In this document: piece by piece, positions 49,005 through 59,783 of the stretch | Layout: the number at the start of each line of letters is the position of its first letter | How positions within the stretch are numbered: the first letter of the stretch is position 1 | Source: a virus | DNA: 64,000 bases | Virus record (IMG/VR): IMGVR_UViG_3300025015_000001 | Reading direction: 5' to 3' (one strand) | Made by a program: the position numbers and the translations under genes | Notes under the pieces: model-generated | The model's input: the letters and a program-made list of their open reading frames with translations, nothing else | Database searches by the model: none | Told to the model about the DNA's origin: nothing

Positions 49005-49203
49005 TGGTAAGTATAGATTATATTCTTTCCGCGAAGAACTAAAATTTGTAGATTTTTCTACAGTTTTATTAGGAAGGGAGCATAGTATGTATTTTAAGAC
49101 ACCAGAAGACGGTGTAGACTACTTATTAACGTGTAGTGATTTATCTTTAGAAAGTACCCTTAAACTAACCAAAATTAAAAATGAAGGATTCCAAAATGAA
49201 TAG
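48988..49203 (+). CDS. member of the LTK-motif paralog family
   Basis: DGVDYLLTCSDLSLESTLKLTKIKN. Confidence 0.6.
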   Translation: MIIIDDGKYRLYSFREELKFVDFSTVLLGREHSMYFKTPEDGVDYLLTCSDLSLESTLKLTKIKNEGFQNE

Positions 49204-49294
49204 GTTTATATAGAGTTTCATGGATGGTATTTAGATAAAAAAGAAATGGTATTATAAACAAATATAAATTTTTATGAAAATCCTGATTTATTAA

Positions 49295-50236
49295 ATGAAT
49301 AATTACATAATTAACATACAACAGAAATATAAAACAAAATTAGTATCATCTGATAATATTGGTATTAATTGCCCATGTTGTGTAGATAGTGGTCACACCA
49401 CTGATACCGGCTATAACCTATGGGTAAGTATATCAAAGCCAGTGTATCATTGCTGGAGATGTGGTGCCGCTGGTAGAATTAATAAGTTATTAAAATTATT
49501 AGGAATTTCTGTAGAAGACGAGGTACTATACGAAGATTCAGACTATGATTTAGATATTAACCTATACGATGAATTAAGTAAAATAAAAAAAATTAAAAAT
49601 ATTGAGTTACCACAAGATTATATACCACTTCATAGGGGTACTACGTCAATTACGGGTAAACAAGTTTTAGATTACTTATTAAATAGAAATATATCATACG
49701 ACAAAATAGAAAGATACAGATTAGGATTTTGTGTATCTGGCTATTATAGTGGTAGAATAATCATTCCGGTATACGATTATAAAAATGAATTAATATTTTT
49801 TGTGGCCCGTAGCTATTTTGCTAATGTTGATAAGAAAATATTAAATCCATCTAAAGAGTTAACTGGAACAGGAAAATCAGAGATATTATTTAATATAAAC
49901 AATAATATAAACAAAGACGAAGTAATTGTGAATGAAGGACCATTTGATGCTATGTCCACTGATGGTGTAGCTTTATTTGGAAAGATTGCATCTGATGAGC
50001 AGATACATAAAATTAAAAAGTTAAAAGCTAATAGTATAATTATAATGCTAGACAGTGATGCTACTAAATATGCATACGAATTAGCGGATAAGTTATATGG
50101 ATACAAAAAAGTTTATATCTGTGAATTAGTAGAAGGTGATCCTAACACGAATATAGATAAACTAGGCGAAATACTAAAAAACAAGAAGGAGTATAATAAA
50201 ATTAGTGGGTTACTAAATAAGCTAAGAATATGTTAA
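49295..50236 (+). CDS. DNA primase (zinc finger plus Toprim)
   Basis: CPCC...YHCWRC; RIIIP; VNEGPFDA; LDSD. Confidence 0.88.
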   Translation: MNNYIINIQQKYKTKLVSSDNIGINCPCCVDSGHTTDTGYNLWVSISKPVYHCWRCGAAGRINKLLKLLGISVEDEVLYEDSDYDLDINLYDELSKIKKIKNIELPQDYIPLHRGTTSITGKQVLDYLLNRNISYDKIERYRLGFCVSGYYSGRIIIPVYDYKNELIFFVARSYFANVDKKILNPSKELTGTGKSEILFNINNNINKDEVIVNEGPFDAMSTDGVALFGKIASDEQIHKIKKLKANSIIIMLDSDATKYAYELADKLYGYKKVYICELVEGDPNTNIDKLGEILKNKKEYNKISGLLNKLRIC

Positions 50237-50271
50237 GACGAAATCAAGAATTATATGTATAGGGTGGTGAG

Positions 50272-50787
50272 ATGATAAGAAAAAAGCACGAACACAGAAA
50301 ATGTCGGTTGACAAACTGCAGTACACCATGGTGTACTAATCAAGTATCAAGCTATACAGATAGTCGAAATAGAAAAAAGAAATATTGTGCAGACTGCCTA
50401 ATAGAGCACGATACTACAGTTTTAGAATTACAAACACAGCATAATAGGCCCATAAAAGAGCTCATCATATTAACTGCACAAATGTTTAATTACAAATCAA
50501 TGTCAGCAATAGCTGATTATTTTGAATCACAAATTCCTATTATTAGATATATGATTAAAAAATACTATGGGCTTGAGTGGGATGATTTTAAGCGTATTAA
50601 TTATTGTAAAGTAGAAGTATGTGAAAAAGTAGACGTATCCCATGTAAAGAATAAATACTATCTTTCGGACAAAATTAAAAGTAAAAAAGTATGTAATTGT
50701 TTAAGTAAAGATGGTATATCACTTAATATATTAATTAAAAATGATAATGATATAGCCGTAGTAGAGAAAATTTTGAGGGAGGCATAA
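50272..50787 (+). CDS. hypothetical Cys-rich protein
   Basis: Several Cys pairs. Confidence 0.65.
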   Translation: MIRKKHEHRKCRLTNCSTPWCTNQVSSYTDSRNRKKKYCADCLIEHDTTVLELQTQHNRPIKELIILTAQMFNYKSMSAIADYFESQIPIIRYMIKKYYGLEWDDFKRINYCKVEVCEKVDVSHVKNKYYLSDKIKSKKVCNCLSKDGISLNILIKNDNDIAVVEKILREA

Positions 50788-50869
50788 TTTTTTTCATTTT
50801 TTAAAAATTTTTTAAAAATATATGTGGTATACTATATGAGTAATTTTATAATTATATAGGAGACACATT

Positions 50870-52564
50870 ATGCTGCATGGAAAAAATCAAACTGTTTATG
50901 GGGACTGTCTAGCACTTTCTGATGAATTTGTTAGTAAATTCTATAAAAAATCAGATAAAGAAATCATAGCCGGAATTCCTACTGGAAAATATCGTGTGAC
51001 AAAGGGTATATTTAAAGGTCATATATTTAATGGGCACGAGATAATCGAATCCAAACCAGCATGGCTTTATCCAGAGGATGAAGGAGAAGTAAGAATTTGG
51101 GATGATGATTCTGTCGGCAGAAGTTACCCTGTAGAGCACACCGAATTATTATCTGAGGCAAATGAAGCTTCTATTAAAATTTCATCCAAACAAGAATTAC
51201 CTAAATTAGGATATACATCTGTAGCCCCGGGAATATACCGCGATGCAAAACATCACCTGTGGCAATTATCACGGGATGGGGAAGGTTATGTCATAGAAAG
51301 AACTGCTGATGAAGAAACTATAAGAAAAGCAAAAGAAACAAAGACTGCTAAATTATCTTTTGAGCAGTTTATTAAAGCTACAAATTTAAGTGCTTTAAGA
51401 TGGTTTATACACAATAAAGTTCCTTATCATGGGACAGAGTCTTTTGATAAAGACTACTATAAAATTAATATTGAGGAAGGCGATATAAGTTTAGCTAGAG
51501 TTGCTGAACTCTACCCAGACATTTATAATGTATATTTTGATGCTATTAAAGAATATTATTATTTTTATAAAGACAAAGGCGTAAAAAATTCATTCAGAAA
51601 ATCAGCTACCATTTTTAAAGTAGAGCAGGAGTTCACCATTCCAGGATTTGAGGATGTGGTTTTTTCTCCCGATGAAGAAATAGAAACTTTCAAAACTTCA
51701 GTATCATCTGATAAATATCAAACATCCATAATTCAGAATATGTTGGGTAGAGAAGTTCCTATTATGGATACCACCCTATCCAATCTTATACAAAGTAGAT
51801 ATATTACAAAAATAGCCAAAATCTCAAGAAAATTTTTAGTTGTGGATTCTGAATTTAATCAAACACATTACCCTGATATTATTGGAGAAACTTTTGATGA
51901 AGCCCCTGGCTATGCTCAAGTTAGAATAATTGATAATGATAAGATCTCCTCTAGGCTTACTACAAAATCAGATATGCCATTAGATGATTTTTCAAATGAT
52001 CTTAATCAAAGTGGAGTATATTATCAAAAAGGAAGCCAAAGAACCGACACAGAATCCGGCAAACTTATTACTGATTTTGAGGTAGAGGATAAAGACTTGG
52101 ATACATTTAAAACTATTGCTAGCGATTATGGTATAATTGTAGAAGCTAATAAGACAGCACTAAATAAATATAAAGTCGGTGACAATGTTGTCTACGACCC
52201 TTTTGATAGAGGAGACCCACACTTTCCAGAATTAATTGGACACAAAGGAATTGTGCTTGAAGTTCAACAGCACTCAGATTATGAAGGGTATGTCCCCCCA
52301 TCATACAAAGTAAAGTTTGACACGGGATTTATTCCACAATATGGGATATCTGGAGAAGATCTAGTTTTATCCAAGTTTAGACAAGCAGAAATAGAAGAAT
52401 CTAAAAAAGTATTCTCAGACGAAGCCATTATTAAAGGTATATCATTACTGATTAATATGGGATTTACTAAAAATGAAGCTATTAAGGAATTCATAGCATC
52501 AAATGAATTAGATAGTGAATATAAGAAAAATATAGAAAATATTCTTGATAAATATAAAATATAA
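50870..52564 (+). CDS. hypothetical protein (possibly virion-associated, multi-module)
   Basis: 564-aa ORF at the start of the late-like cluster. Confidence 0.7.
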   Translation: MLHGKNQTVYGDCLALSDEFVSKFYKKSDKEIIAGIPTGKYRVTKGIFKGHIFNGHEIIESKPAWLYPEDEGEVRIWDDDSVGRSYPVEHTELLSEANEASIKISSKQELPKLGYTSVAPGIYRDAKHHLWQLSRDGEGYVIERTADEETIRKAKETKTAKLSFEQFIKATNLSALRWFIHNKVPYHGTESFDKDYYKINIEEGDISLARVAELYPDIYNVYFDAIKEYYYFYKDKGVKNSFRKSATIFKVEQEFTIPGFEDVVFSPDEEIETFKTSVSSDKYQTSIIQNMLGREVPIMDTTLSNLIQSRYITKIAKISRKFLVVDSEFNQTHYPDIIGETFDEAPGYAQVRIIDNDKISSRLTTKSDMPLDDFSNDLNQSGVYYQKGSQRTDTESGKLITDFEVEDKDLDTFKTIASDYGIIVEANKTALNKYKVGDNVVYDPFDRGDPHFPELIGHKGIVLEVQQHSDYEGYVPPSYKVKFDTGFIPQYGISGEDLVLSKFRQAEIEESKKVFSDEAIIKGISLLINMGFTKNEAIKEFIASNELDSEYKKNIENILDKYKI

Positions 52565-52581
52565 TTTAGAGGATAAATAAA

Positions 52582-52998
52582 ATGGAAAATACTAAGCTAA
52601 CATATCTCAAAGATAAGTCAATAGCAGTTAAGAATGGCCACAAAGTATCTAATGAACTTGATGACTTTTTTATGTGGTGCGCAGCTAATAAGCTTACATT
52701 TAGACATGCGTATATGGAGGATATAGACAATAGGATTGTTTTATCTATGGGGGGGACTTCGATTACATATTTTACCATACCCGAAGAAATAATTCCTACC
52801 AAAGAAGATTTTTTATCGAATAAATCAGCCGCAATTAAAAAAATTAGGGATTACATATTTTCTAAAGCTCAGGCTGTAGAATATGCATACGAATCTTATG
52901 CCAAAGATGGCTCCTATCATACAACAGCTTATGTGGAGTTTAGGCAAGCAGATAAAGATATTGAAAAATATTTAGATAATAAGTATAAAGGAGAATAA
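52582..52998 (+). CDS. hypothetical protein
   Basis: GAGG SD. Confidence 0.7.
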   Translation: MENTKLTYLKDKSIAVKNGHKVSNELDDFFMWCAANKLTFRHAYMEDIDNRIVLSMGGTSITYFTIPEEIIPTKEDFLSNKSAAIKKIRDYIFSKAQAVEYAYESYAKDGSYHTTAYVEFRQADKDIEKYLDNKYKGE

Positions 52999-52999
52999 A

Positions 53000-54001
53000 A
53001 TGAAAATACAAAGTTTATATAAAAATAAAAGTCTATCTAATATGTTTGATAATCTGTTAGATAAATTTGAAGCAAAAGAAGTTACAAAAAAGGAATCATA
53101 TTCTCTAGCAAGAGGGGCTTTTGATAAAGTTAAAAAGCAAGCCTCTACTGTTATGGAATTGGATAAGTCTACTATAGTGGTAGCAACTAAAGATGCTTAT
53201 GAGAAGATAGCAGAGGTAGCCAATGAGCACCCAGAGAATAAAGGAATATTAAATTTAGCCTTTCATTTTAAATCTAAGTATGAGAGTGACCCTAATGGCT
53301 ATCTTACTATGGCACATATAGAAGATATTAGAAAGTATGCCGACAGGATTCTTCCAAAAAGATTATTTGCTAAGTCATCCTCTTTAGTGCATGATGCTAT
53401 TAGTGATATGATTACATCATCTATAAAAAATAGATTTGATTTTAGAAAGCTCGATAAAATAGCATCAGAGATCACTTCTCAGGATCAATTTGATATTGCT
53501 ATGGAAGCAAATGGTTTTTCATTAGATAGGCCTGATATGGAACAAATAAGAGAGTACATAGCATATAAGGTCAATACCAATTCAGGAAGCGAACTTACTA
53601 CAAATAATTTCAAATCATCTGAGAAAGTTAAACGCACAATAGAATCTCTTAAAGGCAAAGGAGAATTTAATACAGATACTATTAAGGCTGTTTTTAACGA
53701 GGATTGGAAAACAATAATACAAGAAAAGAAAGCTAATAGTGCACAATTTGAGGGGGCTATGTTAGATTATCAGGATAACTCTAAATTATCATTAGAAGAT
53801 GCTTTAGCTCAGAATGATATAGTGCATTTGTTTGATACCAAAACAAGCAATACTTATATAGTAAGAAAAGATATGTTTGGTGGATTTAATTTATATTCAT
53901 CTAAGCATGGTTCTTCTGATGCTATACTGTTGGATAAGTATACTACAATTGAGGGTCTTAAGAACGATGTTAATGTACTCCCTGATATGTGGGCTATCTA
54001 A
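53000..54001 (+). CDS. hypothetical protein
   Basis: GGAG SD. Confidence 0.75.
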   Translation: MKIQSLYKNKSLSNMFDNLLDKFEAKEVTKKESYSLARGAFDKVKKQASTVMELDKSTIVVATKDAYEKIAEVANEHPENKGILNLAFHFKSKYESDPNGYLTMAHIEDIRKYADRILPKRLFAKSSSLVHDAISDMITSSIKNRFDFRKLDKIASEITSQDQFDIAMEANGFSLDRPDMEQIREYIAYKVNTNSGSELTTNNFKSSEKVKRTIESLKGKGEFNTDTIKAVFNEDWKTIIQEKKANSAQFEGAMLDYQDNSKLSLEDALAQNDIVHLFDTKTSNTYIVRKDMFGGFNLYSSKHGSSDAILLDKYTTIEGLKNDVNVLPDMWAI

Positions 54002-54023
54002 TTAATAATTTAAGGGGTTAAAA

Positions 54024-55421
54024 ATGATAAATAAAAAATCTTTATTTGATAGAGTAGCAGAAAGTCTTATTACAAAAAAATCTGGCACTGGCATATCTAT
54101 AGAAAAAACAGCAGAAGACAAAACTGAACGTAAGAATAAATTCAAAGGTTTAGATGATTATGAAAAAATGATACTAGCAATATGCAATACACCAAGAACT
54201 GATTCACATATCAAGCAGTTTTTCAAATCACGTAATGAGCAAGGTCAGACTATTAATTTTGATAGCAAGATACAGAAGCTTACAAAAGAGGGCTATTTAG
54301 ATCATGGTTATAATAAGTATGTAGTAAATCCTAAATTTAGAGAATTTATAACAGTTATACCTATGACAGCCTCTAAAAAGGAAGCAATGAATTACGAAGT
54401 AAACACACCAGAGGATTATATAAGCAAAGCAGTTGCATACGGTTTAGATGACCCCACTATAATAAATAAATTATCAGATAGTTATGGGATAGAGCATAAC
54501 CAAGCATATAACATGCTTCAGGATGCTAAGTCAGGTAAAACAAGTTATACAGATACATCAAGGGGTGATTTAGGTGGCGGATTAATAGATAGAACCGAAA
54601 GGGAGGAATACAGAGAGTCTATTATCGCGACCAAGTCTTTTAAGTTGAGTGTCGAAGAAAAGGTGGCTATAGTAGAGGTAGAGGCGGCACGTTATGAATG
54701 GAACGGTTCGGATTTAGTAAACTATGAAACTCAGGAAAAGGTAGATGTTAGTTCTCTAAAATTAAATGACAAAATATTAGATAATCCAGATACAGAAGAA
54801 AATTCATTTTTAGATAGAGCAGTATTTATGCTACCATCACATCTTTATATAGATGAAGTTGGTTATCATAAAGATTTAGCTGCACCTATTCTAATGGTTT
54901 ATAAAGAATCTAGCAGAGAAGCTAAAAATCTAAAACAAAAGAAAGCTAACAAAACTGCAGCATCTTTTGTTAACACAATCGGGAGTAGCAATTATAAGCT
55001 TAACCCAAATAATGTTTCTCAACGGGCAGTTACATTTGCACGTAAATTTTTATCAAATTATAGATTCCCATTAGCACCAACTATTAAATTTAATGCTATG
55101 AAAAATGCATCCACAAGTAATAATATGCTAAATGGGGAAGTACATTTGACATTGGGATTCAAGACACTATCAAATGTGCACAAGTATATTGATATATCAA
55201 TGCCTATTAAAGAGGGTAGTTTCATAGAGCCCTCCACTATGACTGTAGATGGCAAATCTTATATCATATCCCAATCCGCAATAGACGATCTAACCAAAAG
55301 TGGGACATTTTACACCACAGTTAATCCCAGGGCATCTTCCCAGCCGATGGACAGGAAAATTTTGGATACATTCAAAGATAGAGTCGTTCCTAAAATAAAA
55401 AGAAATTTGTTTTCAATCTGA
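54024..55421 (+). CDS. hypothetical protein
   Basis: 465-aa ORF. Confidence 0.75.
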   Translation: MINKKSLFDRVAESLITKKSGTGISIEKTAEDKTERKNKFKGLDDYEKMILAICNTPRTDSHIKQFFKSRNEQGQTINFDSKIQKLTKEGYLDHGYNKYVVNPKFREFITVIPMTASKKEAMNYEVNTPEDYISKAVAYGLDDPTIINKLSDSYGIEHNQAYNMLQDAKSGKTSYTDTSRGDLGGGLIDRTEREEYRESIIATKSFKLSVEEKVAIVEVEAARYEWNGSDLVNYETQEKVDVSSLKLNDKILDNPDTEENSFLDRAVFMLPSHLYIDEVGYHKDLAAPILMVYKESSREAKNLKQKKANKTAASFVNTIGSSNYKLNPNNVSQRAVTFARKFLSNYRFPLAPTIKFNAMKNASTSNNMLNGEVHLTLGFKTLSNVHKYIDISMPIKEGSFIEPSTMTVDGKSYIISQSAIDDLTKSGTFYTTVNPRASSQPMDRKILDTFKDRVVPKIKRNLFSI

Positions 55422-55474
55422 GAGTTGTAATTGTGGGGTAAAAAATAAAACAGTATTTTGATAAAAATGATGAT

Positions 55475-58400
55475 TTGGTCTTATTGTTAGATAAGTACAA
55501 GGAACAACTAGATTTTAAATCAAAAAATTATGAGGAGATAGAGGCTTTTGTTGGTGATAAGCCTCTTGTCGTTTCAACTAAAATAGATGGGATTTTGCAT
55601 ATAGCAAAATATCTTGATGGTAAGACTTACCTTGCTACTCGCGAGGGGCGTATTACAGAAGAACTACCTGTATTGACTGAGATTTCTAAGATGTTAAATG
55701 ATAAACAAGAAACAATTTTATTTGGTGAATTGTATGGTATAGATGCTGACGGTAGAGAACTACCGTTAAATGAGACAATATCAATCACAAGAAAACCAAA
55801 ATCACCAGAAGATGAGCATAGAATTAAATTTGGCATATTTGATATTTATAAATATGATGGAAAATTAGTAGAGGAGAACGACTACTGGAAGAGATTGCTG
55901 TTAGTACAAGAATTATTTGAAGACGGTAAGTATGTTCATCCTGTATATGCAAAAAATGAAGACGGATCTTCTGCTATTAAAAAAATGTGGGAAGAGGAAG
56001 TTTTAAGAGAAGGGCACGAAGGTGTAGTTTTACATATAGAAGGTAATACTATTAAGATTAAGCCTACCAAAACTATAGATTGTTTAGTTATTGCGGTTAA
56101 GCCTAATTTAGAAAAAGGCTTTGCTAGTTCTTTATTTTTAGCATTGATGGATAAGGACGGCATATTCAGAAGTACTTCATTTGTTGGTACAGGATTGACA
56201 GACGAAGACAGAGTGGAGTGGTTAAATTATGCAAACGAAAATAAAGCCCTAGCTCCTAATCATGATGAGCTTTTATGGATTGATATAAATAAAAATCCAA
56301 GAATTGTAGAAGTAGACTATGAACGCCCTATTGTAAAAGAAACAGAAAGTTTTAAATTCATTAATGGCGAATGGGGACAATTAGAAGAAGAAAGATTAGC
56401 TGCTACACTAATCAAACCCAGATTTATTAGATTACGCGAGGATAAAAAAGTAACAGAGACCGATCTCAGACTTATTCAGATTCCTGATTTAGAAAAAGAA
56501 TTGACTAAAAAAAGTTTTAAAATAAATGCTGATCTTAAATCTTATGATGATTGGTTTTTGTCAGAGTATGGTGAACTACCTAAGTATGAGTATGTGTATA
56601 TGCAAAGATTTTACGAAGGTCAGCCACTAGATATAGCATTCAATGATACAAAAATACATTCTACTAGATTAGATAGATTTGATTTTAATTTAAATAAGTA
56701 CTCCGATAGAATTACTAACTTGTCTCAATTAATTGCTGACATGGATAAAGTTAAGGCTATAGGGTATGATAAGATAAGTATTATCAAGCCATCTGGAGAA
56801 ATAAAATTATTTGATAAAAAATCATTTAAACTAGAAGCTTATTACCCAAATCACCCTAATACAGTAATTTTTTCTAAAGGAGAATTTTTAAGATATGATC
56901 TTAGAGAAAAAGATGTGTGGGAATTTTATGATAAAGTAAAAGACAAAATATTACAACAAACTCGCGGTAAGAATGTTTTATTATATCTCAGAGTTAATGG
57001 TGATATATTAAAACGTAAACATGATGGTATAGTCAAGGTAGATAATTATAATGATTTTAACCGTATTAATAATGGTAGAATGATTGAGATACACTCTGAA
57101 ATATGTCAAGAAAAAAGGGATACTTGTCTTACTGATATTATTTTTTGTGATGTAGACCCCAAAGAAAATTTCCCTTGGAAAGATACAAAAGAAATAACTA
57201 AAAAGATATATAATATTTTTAACAAGGACTCCAATGTAAAGCATGTAAAAATCCACTATAGCGGGAACAGAGGATTCCACTGTATAGCAAAACTTAGGGA
57301 ATTATGGGAAGTTGATAGAGCAAGAGAGTATACAAAACGCTTGCTTAAATCATTAGAATCTGATAAAATAAAGTTGGGTATAGTGCGAGAAAATGATATG
57401 TTACGTTTAGATACCACTTTATTAAAAAGACGAGGCTCTTTGCGCACAGCGTATTCTTTAAATAAGACCACAGGATTAGTAGCAGTTCCTGTGGATATTA
57501 AATCTTTAGACACTTTTGAAAAGAAAGATGCTACTATAAAAAAAGTTTTAGAGAAGTTGAGTGCAAGTAAAAAATCATTTAAAATTAATGCCGAAGATAT
57601 TATATATGGTCCTTGGGCTATATATGATGATATAGTAGATGCCGCTACTGGAGATATTACTCACATAGAATGGTTTACCAATATAGGATTTCCAGTATCC
57701 CCAAATATTTTTGATAAGATTACCAGAGGTTCGTACATTATAAGAGATGGTATACTTAATATAATGATTTATCCTGAAGCTGGGTATGTAGAAGAAGCCC
57801 TAGATAAATCAAATAGGTTAATGGATAAGATAGGTTATCATGATAAGTATAAAGAAGTTAGGTTTTTTAAAAGCCATAAAATTGGAATCAACAGGATAGC
57901 TAAAAAATCATTTAAAATAAATTCTTCTATATTAGATTATCCTAAGCCTGGATTAGAACCTAAAGTATGGAATTTTGATGGTACCATAAATGAGAATGTA
58001 AAATCACAAATACTCAATAAACTTAACAAATTTATAGAATCGCAAGGATATAGTGCTAAAGAAATTATAACTAAAATTTATGTAGTGGGAAGTTTAACTT
58101 CATACCAGTATAATAGAAATACAGATTTGGACGTTCACTGTTATTTGAATCTCCAAAATATGTTAGGAATATTTCAGGGCAATGAAGCCGACCTCATAGA
58201 ATTAATAGATAAAAGTTGGCGTAAGACATTAAATAAAGCCGAATCAGAGACTATAGAAGGAACGCAGCACCCATTAGAGTTCTATTTTGAAATACCAGAA
58301 GATTTATCCGTAGCACCTTCAGATGGTGTTTACGATTTATTAAATAATACTTGGATAAAAGAACCTAAAGTTATTACTGTGGATTTTGATATAGAGAAAA

Positions 58401-59110
58401 TATATCCTGAAATTATTAATAGAGCTAAAGAGATTGCAAAAGAATTAGACATTCAAATAGGTGAATTAAAACGAGATGTCACAGATGCAGAGATGATTCA
58501 GGATTTGATTGACTACTTATCCGAAGAACAAAAAGGGTTATTTGTAGAGAAGTTAAATACCAAGATAGAAGAAATAGATAATAATATTGTAGATTTACTT
58601 AAAGTAGAGCAAAGTATTAGTGATAAGCGCCACGAAGATTATGCTTGGGATAGTGAAGGAAATATTTTATTTAAATTTTTACAAAGATTCGGCTATGTCG
58701 GGTTGTTAAAATCTATTGAAAAAGCTATAGGCAATGATAAAAAATTTGATACGGATGACATAGAAAATACTCAAAAAGTACTAAACCCAATTAAGAGTTT
58801 TAGATTATATGCAGGATTCTACGATCCCAACAGCCCGATTTTACTCAATCCAGAAGGCGGAGGAGAAGGCAGGCATAGACTTGTAGATCCTAAAGCCTTT
58901 GATAAAGACTCATTTAGGCGCTGGTCAGAGTGGGCTGGAGTAAAAGCCCCAGCTGGGATTACATTCTTAGTCGGAGATTTAATTAAAGAAAAAAATAAAG
59001 CTCTTCAGGCCATACGTTTTGATACTAATATAATATCTGAAAAGGAAGCAGAAAAATTTTGGAATAAAGTAAAAAATAAAAAAGGTTTTGAAAAAACTTG
59101 GAAATGGTAG
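55475..59110 (+). CDS. multidomain protein: ATP-dependent DNA ligase, LigD-like primase-polymerase domain and Pol-beta nucleotidyltransferase
   Basis: STKIDG, LFGE, EGVV ligase motifs; FCDVDP, YSGNRGFH, LRTAYSLN AEP motifs; VVGSLTSY..TDLDVH NTase motif. Confidence 0.85.
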   Translation: MVLLLDKYKEQLDFKSKNYEEIEAFVGDKPLVVSTKIDGILHIAKYLDGKTYLATREGRITEELPVLTEISKMLNDKQETILFGELYGIDADGRELPLNETISITRKPKSPEDEHRIKFGIFDIYKYDGKLVEENDYWKRLLLVQELFEDGKYVHPVYAKNEDGSSAIKKMWEEEVLREGHEGVVLHIEGNTIKIKPTKTIDCLVIAVKPNLEKGFASSLFLALMDKDGIFRSTSFVGTGLTDEDRVEWLNYANENKALAPNHDELLWIDINKNPRIVEVDYERPIVKETESFKFINGEWGQLEEERLAATLIKPRFIRLREDKKVTETDLRLIQIPDLEKELTKKSFKINADLKSYDDWFLSEYGELPKYEYVYMQRFYEGQPLDIAFNDTKIHSTRLDRFDFNLNKYSDRITNLSQLIADMDKVKAIGYDKISIIKPSGEIKLFDKKSFKLEAYYPNHPNTVIFSKGEFLRYDLREKDVWEFYDKVKDKILQQTRGKNVLLYLRVNGDILKRKHDGIVKVDNYNDFNRINNGRMIEIHSEICQEKRDTCLTDIIFCDVDPKENFPWKDTKEITKKIYNIFNKDSNVKHVKIHYSGNRGFHCIAKLRELWEVDRAREYTKRLLKSLESDKIKLGIVRENDMLRLDTTLLKRRGSLRTAYSLNKTTGLVAVPVDIKSLDTFEKKDATIKKVLEKLSASKKSFKINAEDIIYGPWAIYDDIVDAATGDITHIEWFTNIGFPVSPNIFDKITRGSYIIRDGILNIMIYPEAGYVEEALDKSNRLMDKIGYHDKYKEVRFFKSHKIGINRIAKKSFKINSSILDYPKPGLEPKVWNFDGTINENVKSQILNKLNKFIESQGYSAKEIITKIYVVGSLTSYQYNRNTDLDVHCYLNLQNMLGIFQGNEADLIELIDKSWRKTLNKAESETIEGTQHPLEFYFEIPEDLSVAPSDGVYDLLNNTWIKEPKVITVDFDIEKIYPEIINRAKEIAKELDIQIGELKRDVTDAEMIQDLIDYLSEEQKGLFVEKLNTKIEEIDNNIVDLLKVEQSISDKRHEDYAWDSEGNILFKFLQRFGYVGLLKSIEKAIGNDKKFDTDDIENTQKVLNPIKSFRLYAGFYDPNSPILLNPEGGGEGRHRLVDPKAFDKDSFRRWSEWAGVKAPAGITFLVGDLIKEKNKALQAIRFDTNIISEKEAEKFWNKVKNKKGFEKTWKW

Positions 59111-59118
59111 GAGAGATT

Positions 59119-59763
59119 ATGCTAAATAAAGAAGAACTAAAGATGACCTCGTTACTAAAGCTAGCCATAGAGGATACCTTAAAATTATATCTACAGTTTA
59201 AAGGTGTCGAAGTGCCTATAGCGTTCATTTCTATAAAAGACGCCGCTAAGTTCATAGCAGGTGGCCTATCGGAAGAAGGTATAACTACAGTTGATTATTT
59301 GACTAAAGTGGAATGGAGAGAAAAAGGACTTTTTATAAACAATCTATTTTATAAACTTTTTTGGGGCAGCGCTTACGATGACGAAAGTGAGTATTTGACT
59401 ATTAATGAAAGATTACAGATGGACAACTCTATCACAGATAATCTCGACCGACACAAAGAGGAGATAAAAATGGCCTCTTTACTAAAATTAGCTAAACAAG
59501 AAGATATTGCATTCGATGCAAATGCTTTTATACGAGTATGGGTGGATATTACTGATTTAGAATATGAAACTGAGATAGAAAATATTAAGAAGATGAGCAT
59601 CTCAGAAGATGAAAAGATTAAATTAGCTAAGAATTTTGCTAAACAGGTAGCTACTAATAAAATAAGTGAAAACGATGTTCAGATTAAAGGCTATGATGAT
59701 CTGGATCAGACTTTTGATAGAATAAATTGGGCTGCTCTGGTAAGCTCTGAAACAGAAGAATAA
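59119..59763 (+). CDS. hypothetical protein with two KEE(L/I)KM(T/A)SLLKLA-led modules
   Basis: GGAG SD; internal repeat. Confidence 0.7.
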   Translation: MLNKEELKMTSLLKLAIEDTLKLYLQFKGVEVPIAFISIKDAAKFIAGGLSEEGITTVDYLTKVEWREKGLFINNLFYKLFWGSAYDDESEYLTINERLQMDNSITDNLDRHKEEIKMASLLKLAKQEDIAFDANAFIRVWVDITDLEYETEIENIKKMSISEDEKIKLAKNFAKQVATNKISENDVQIKGYDDLDQTFDRINWAALVSSETEE

Positions 59764-59783
59764 AATATTTATAAAGGGTATGT

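Noticed and set aside
7441-50820. TTTAAAAATTTTTTAAA as a third operator (7446, 42489, 46505, 50798)
   Set aside because: It is a pure A/T low-complexity word in AT-rich intergenic DNA and could easily arise by chance; not supportable without statistics.
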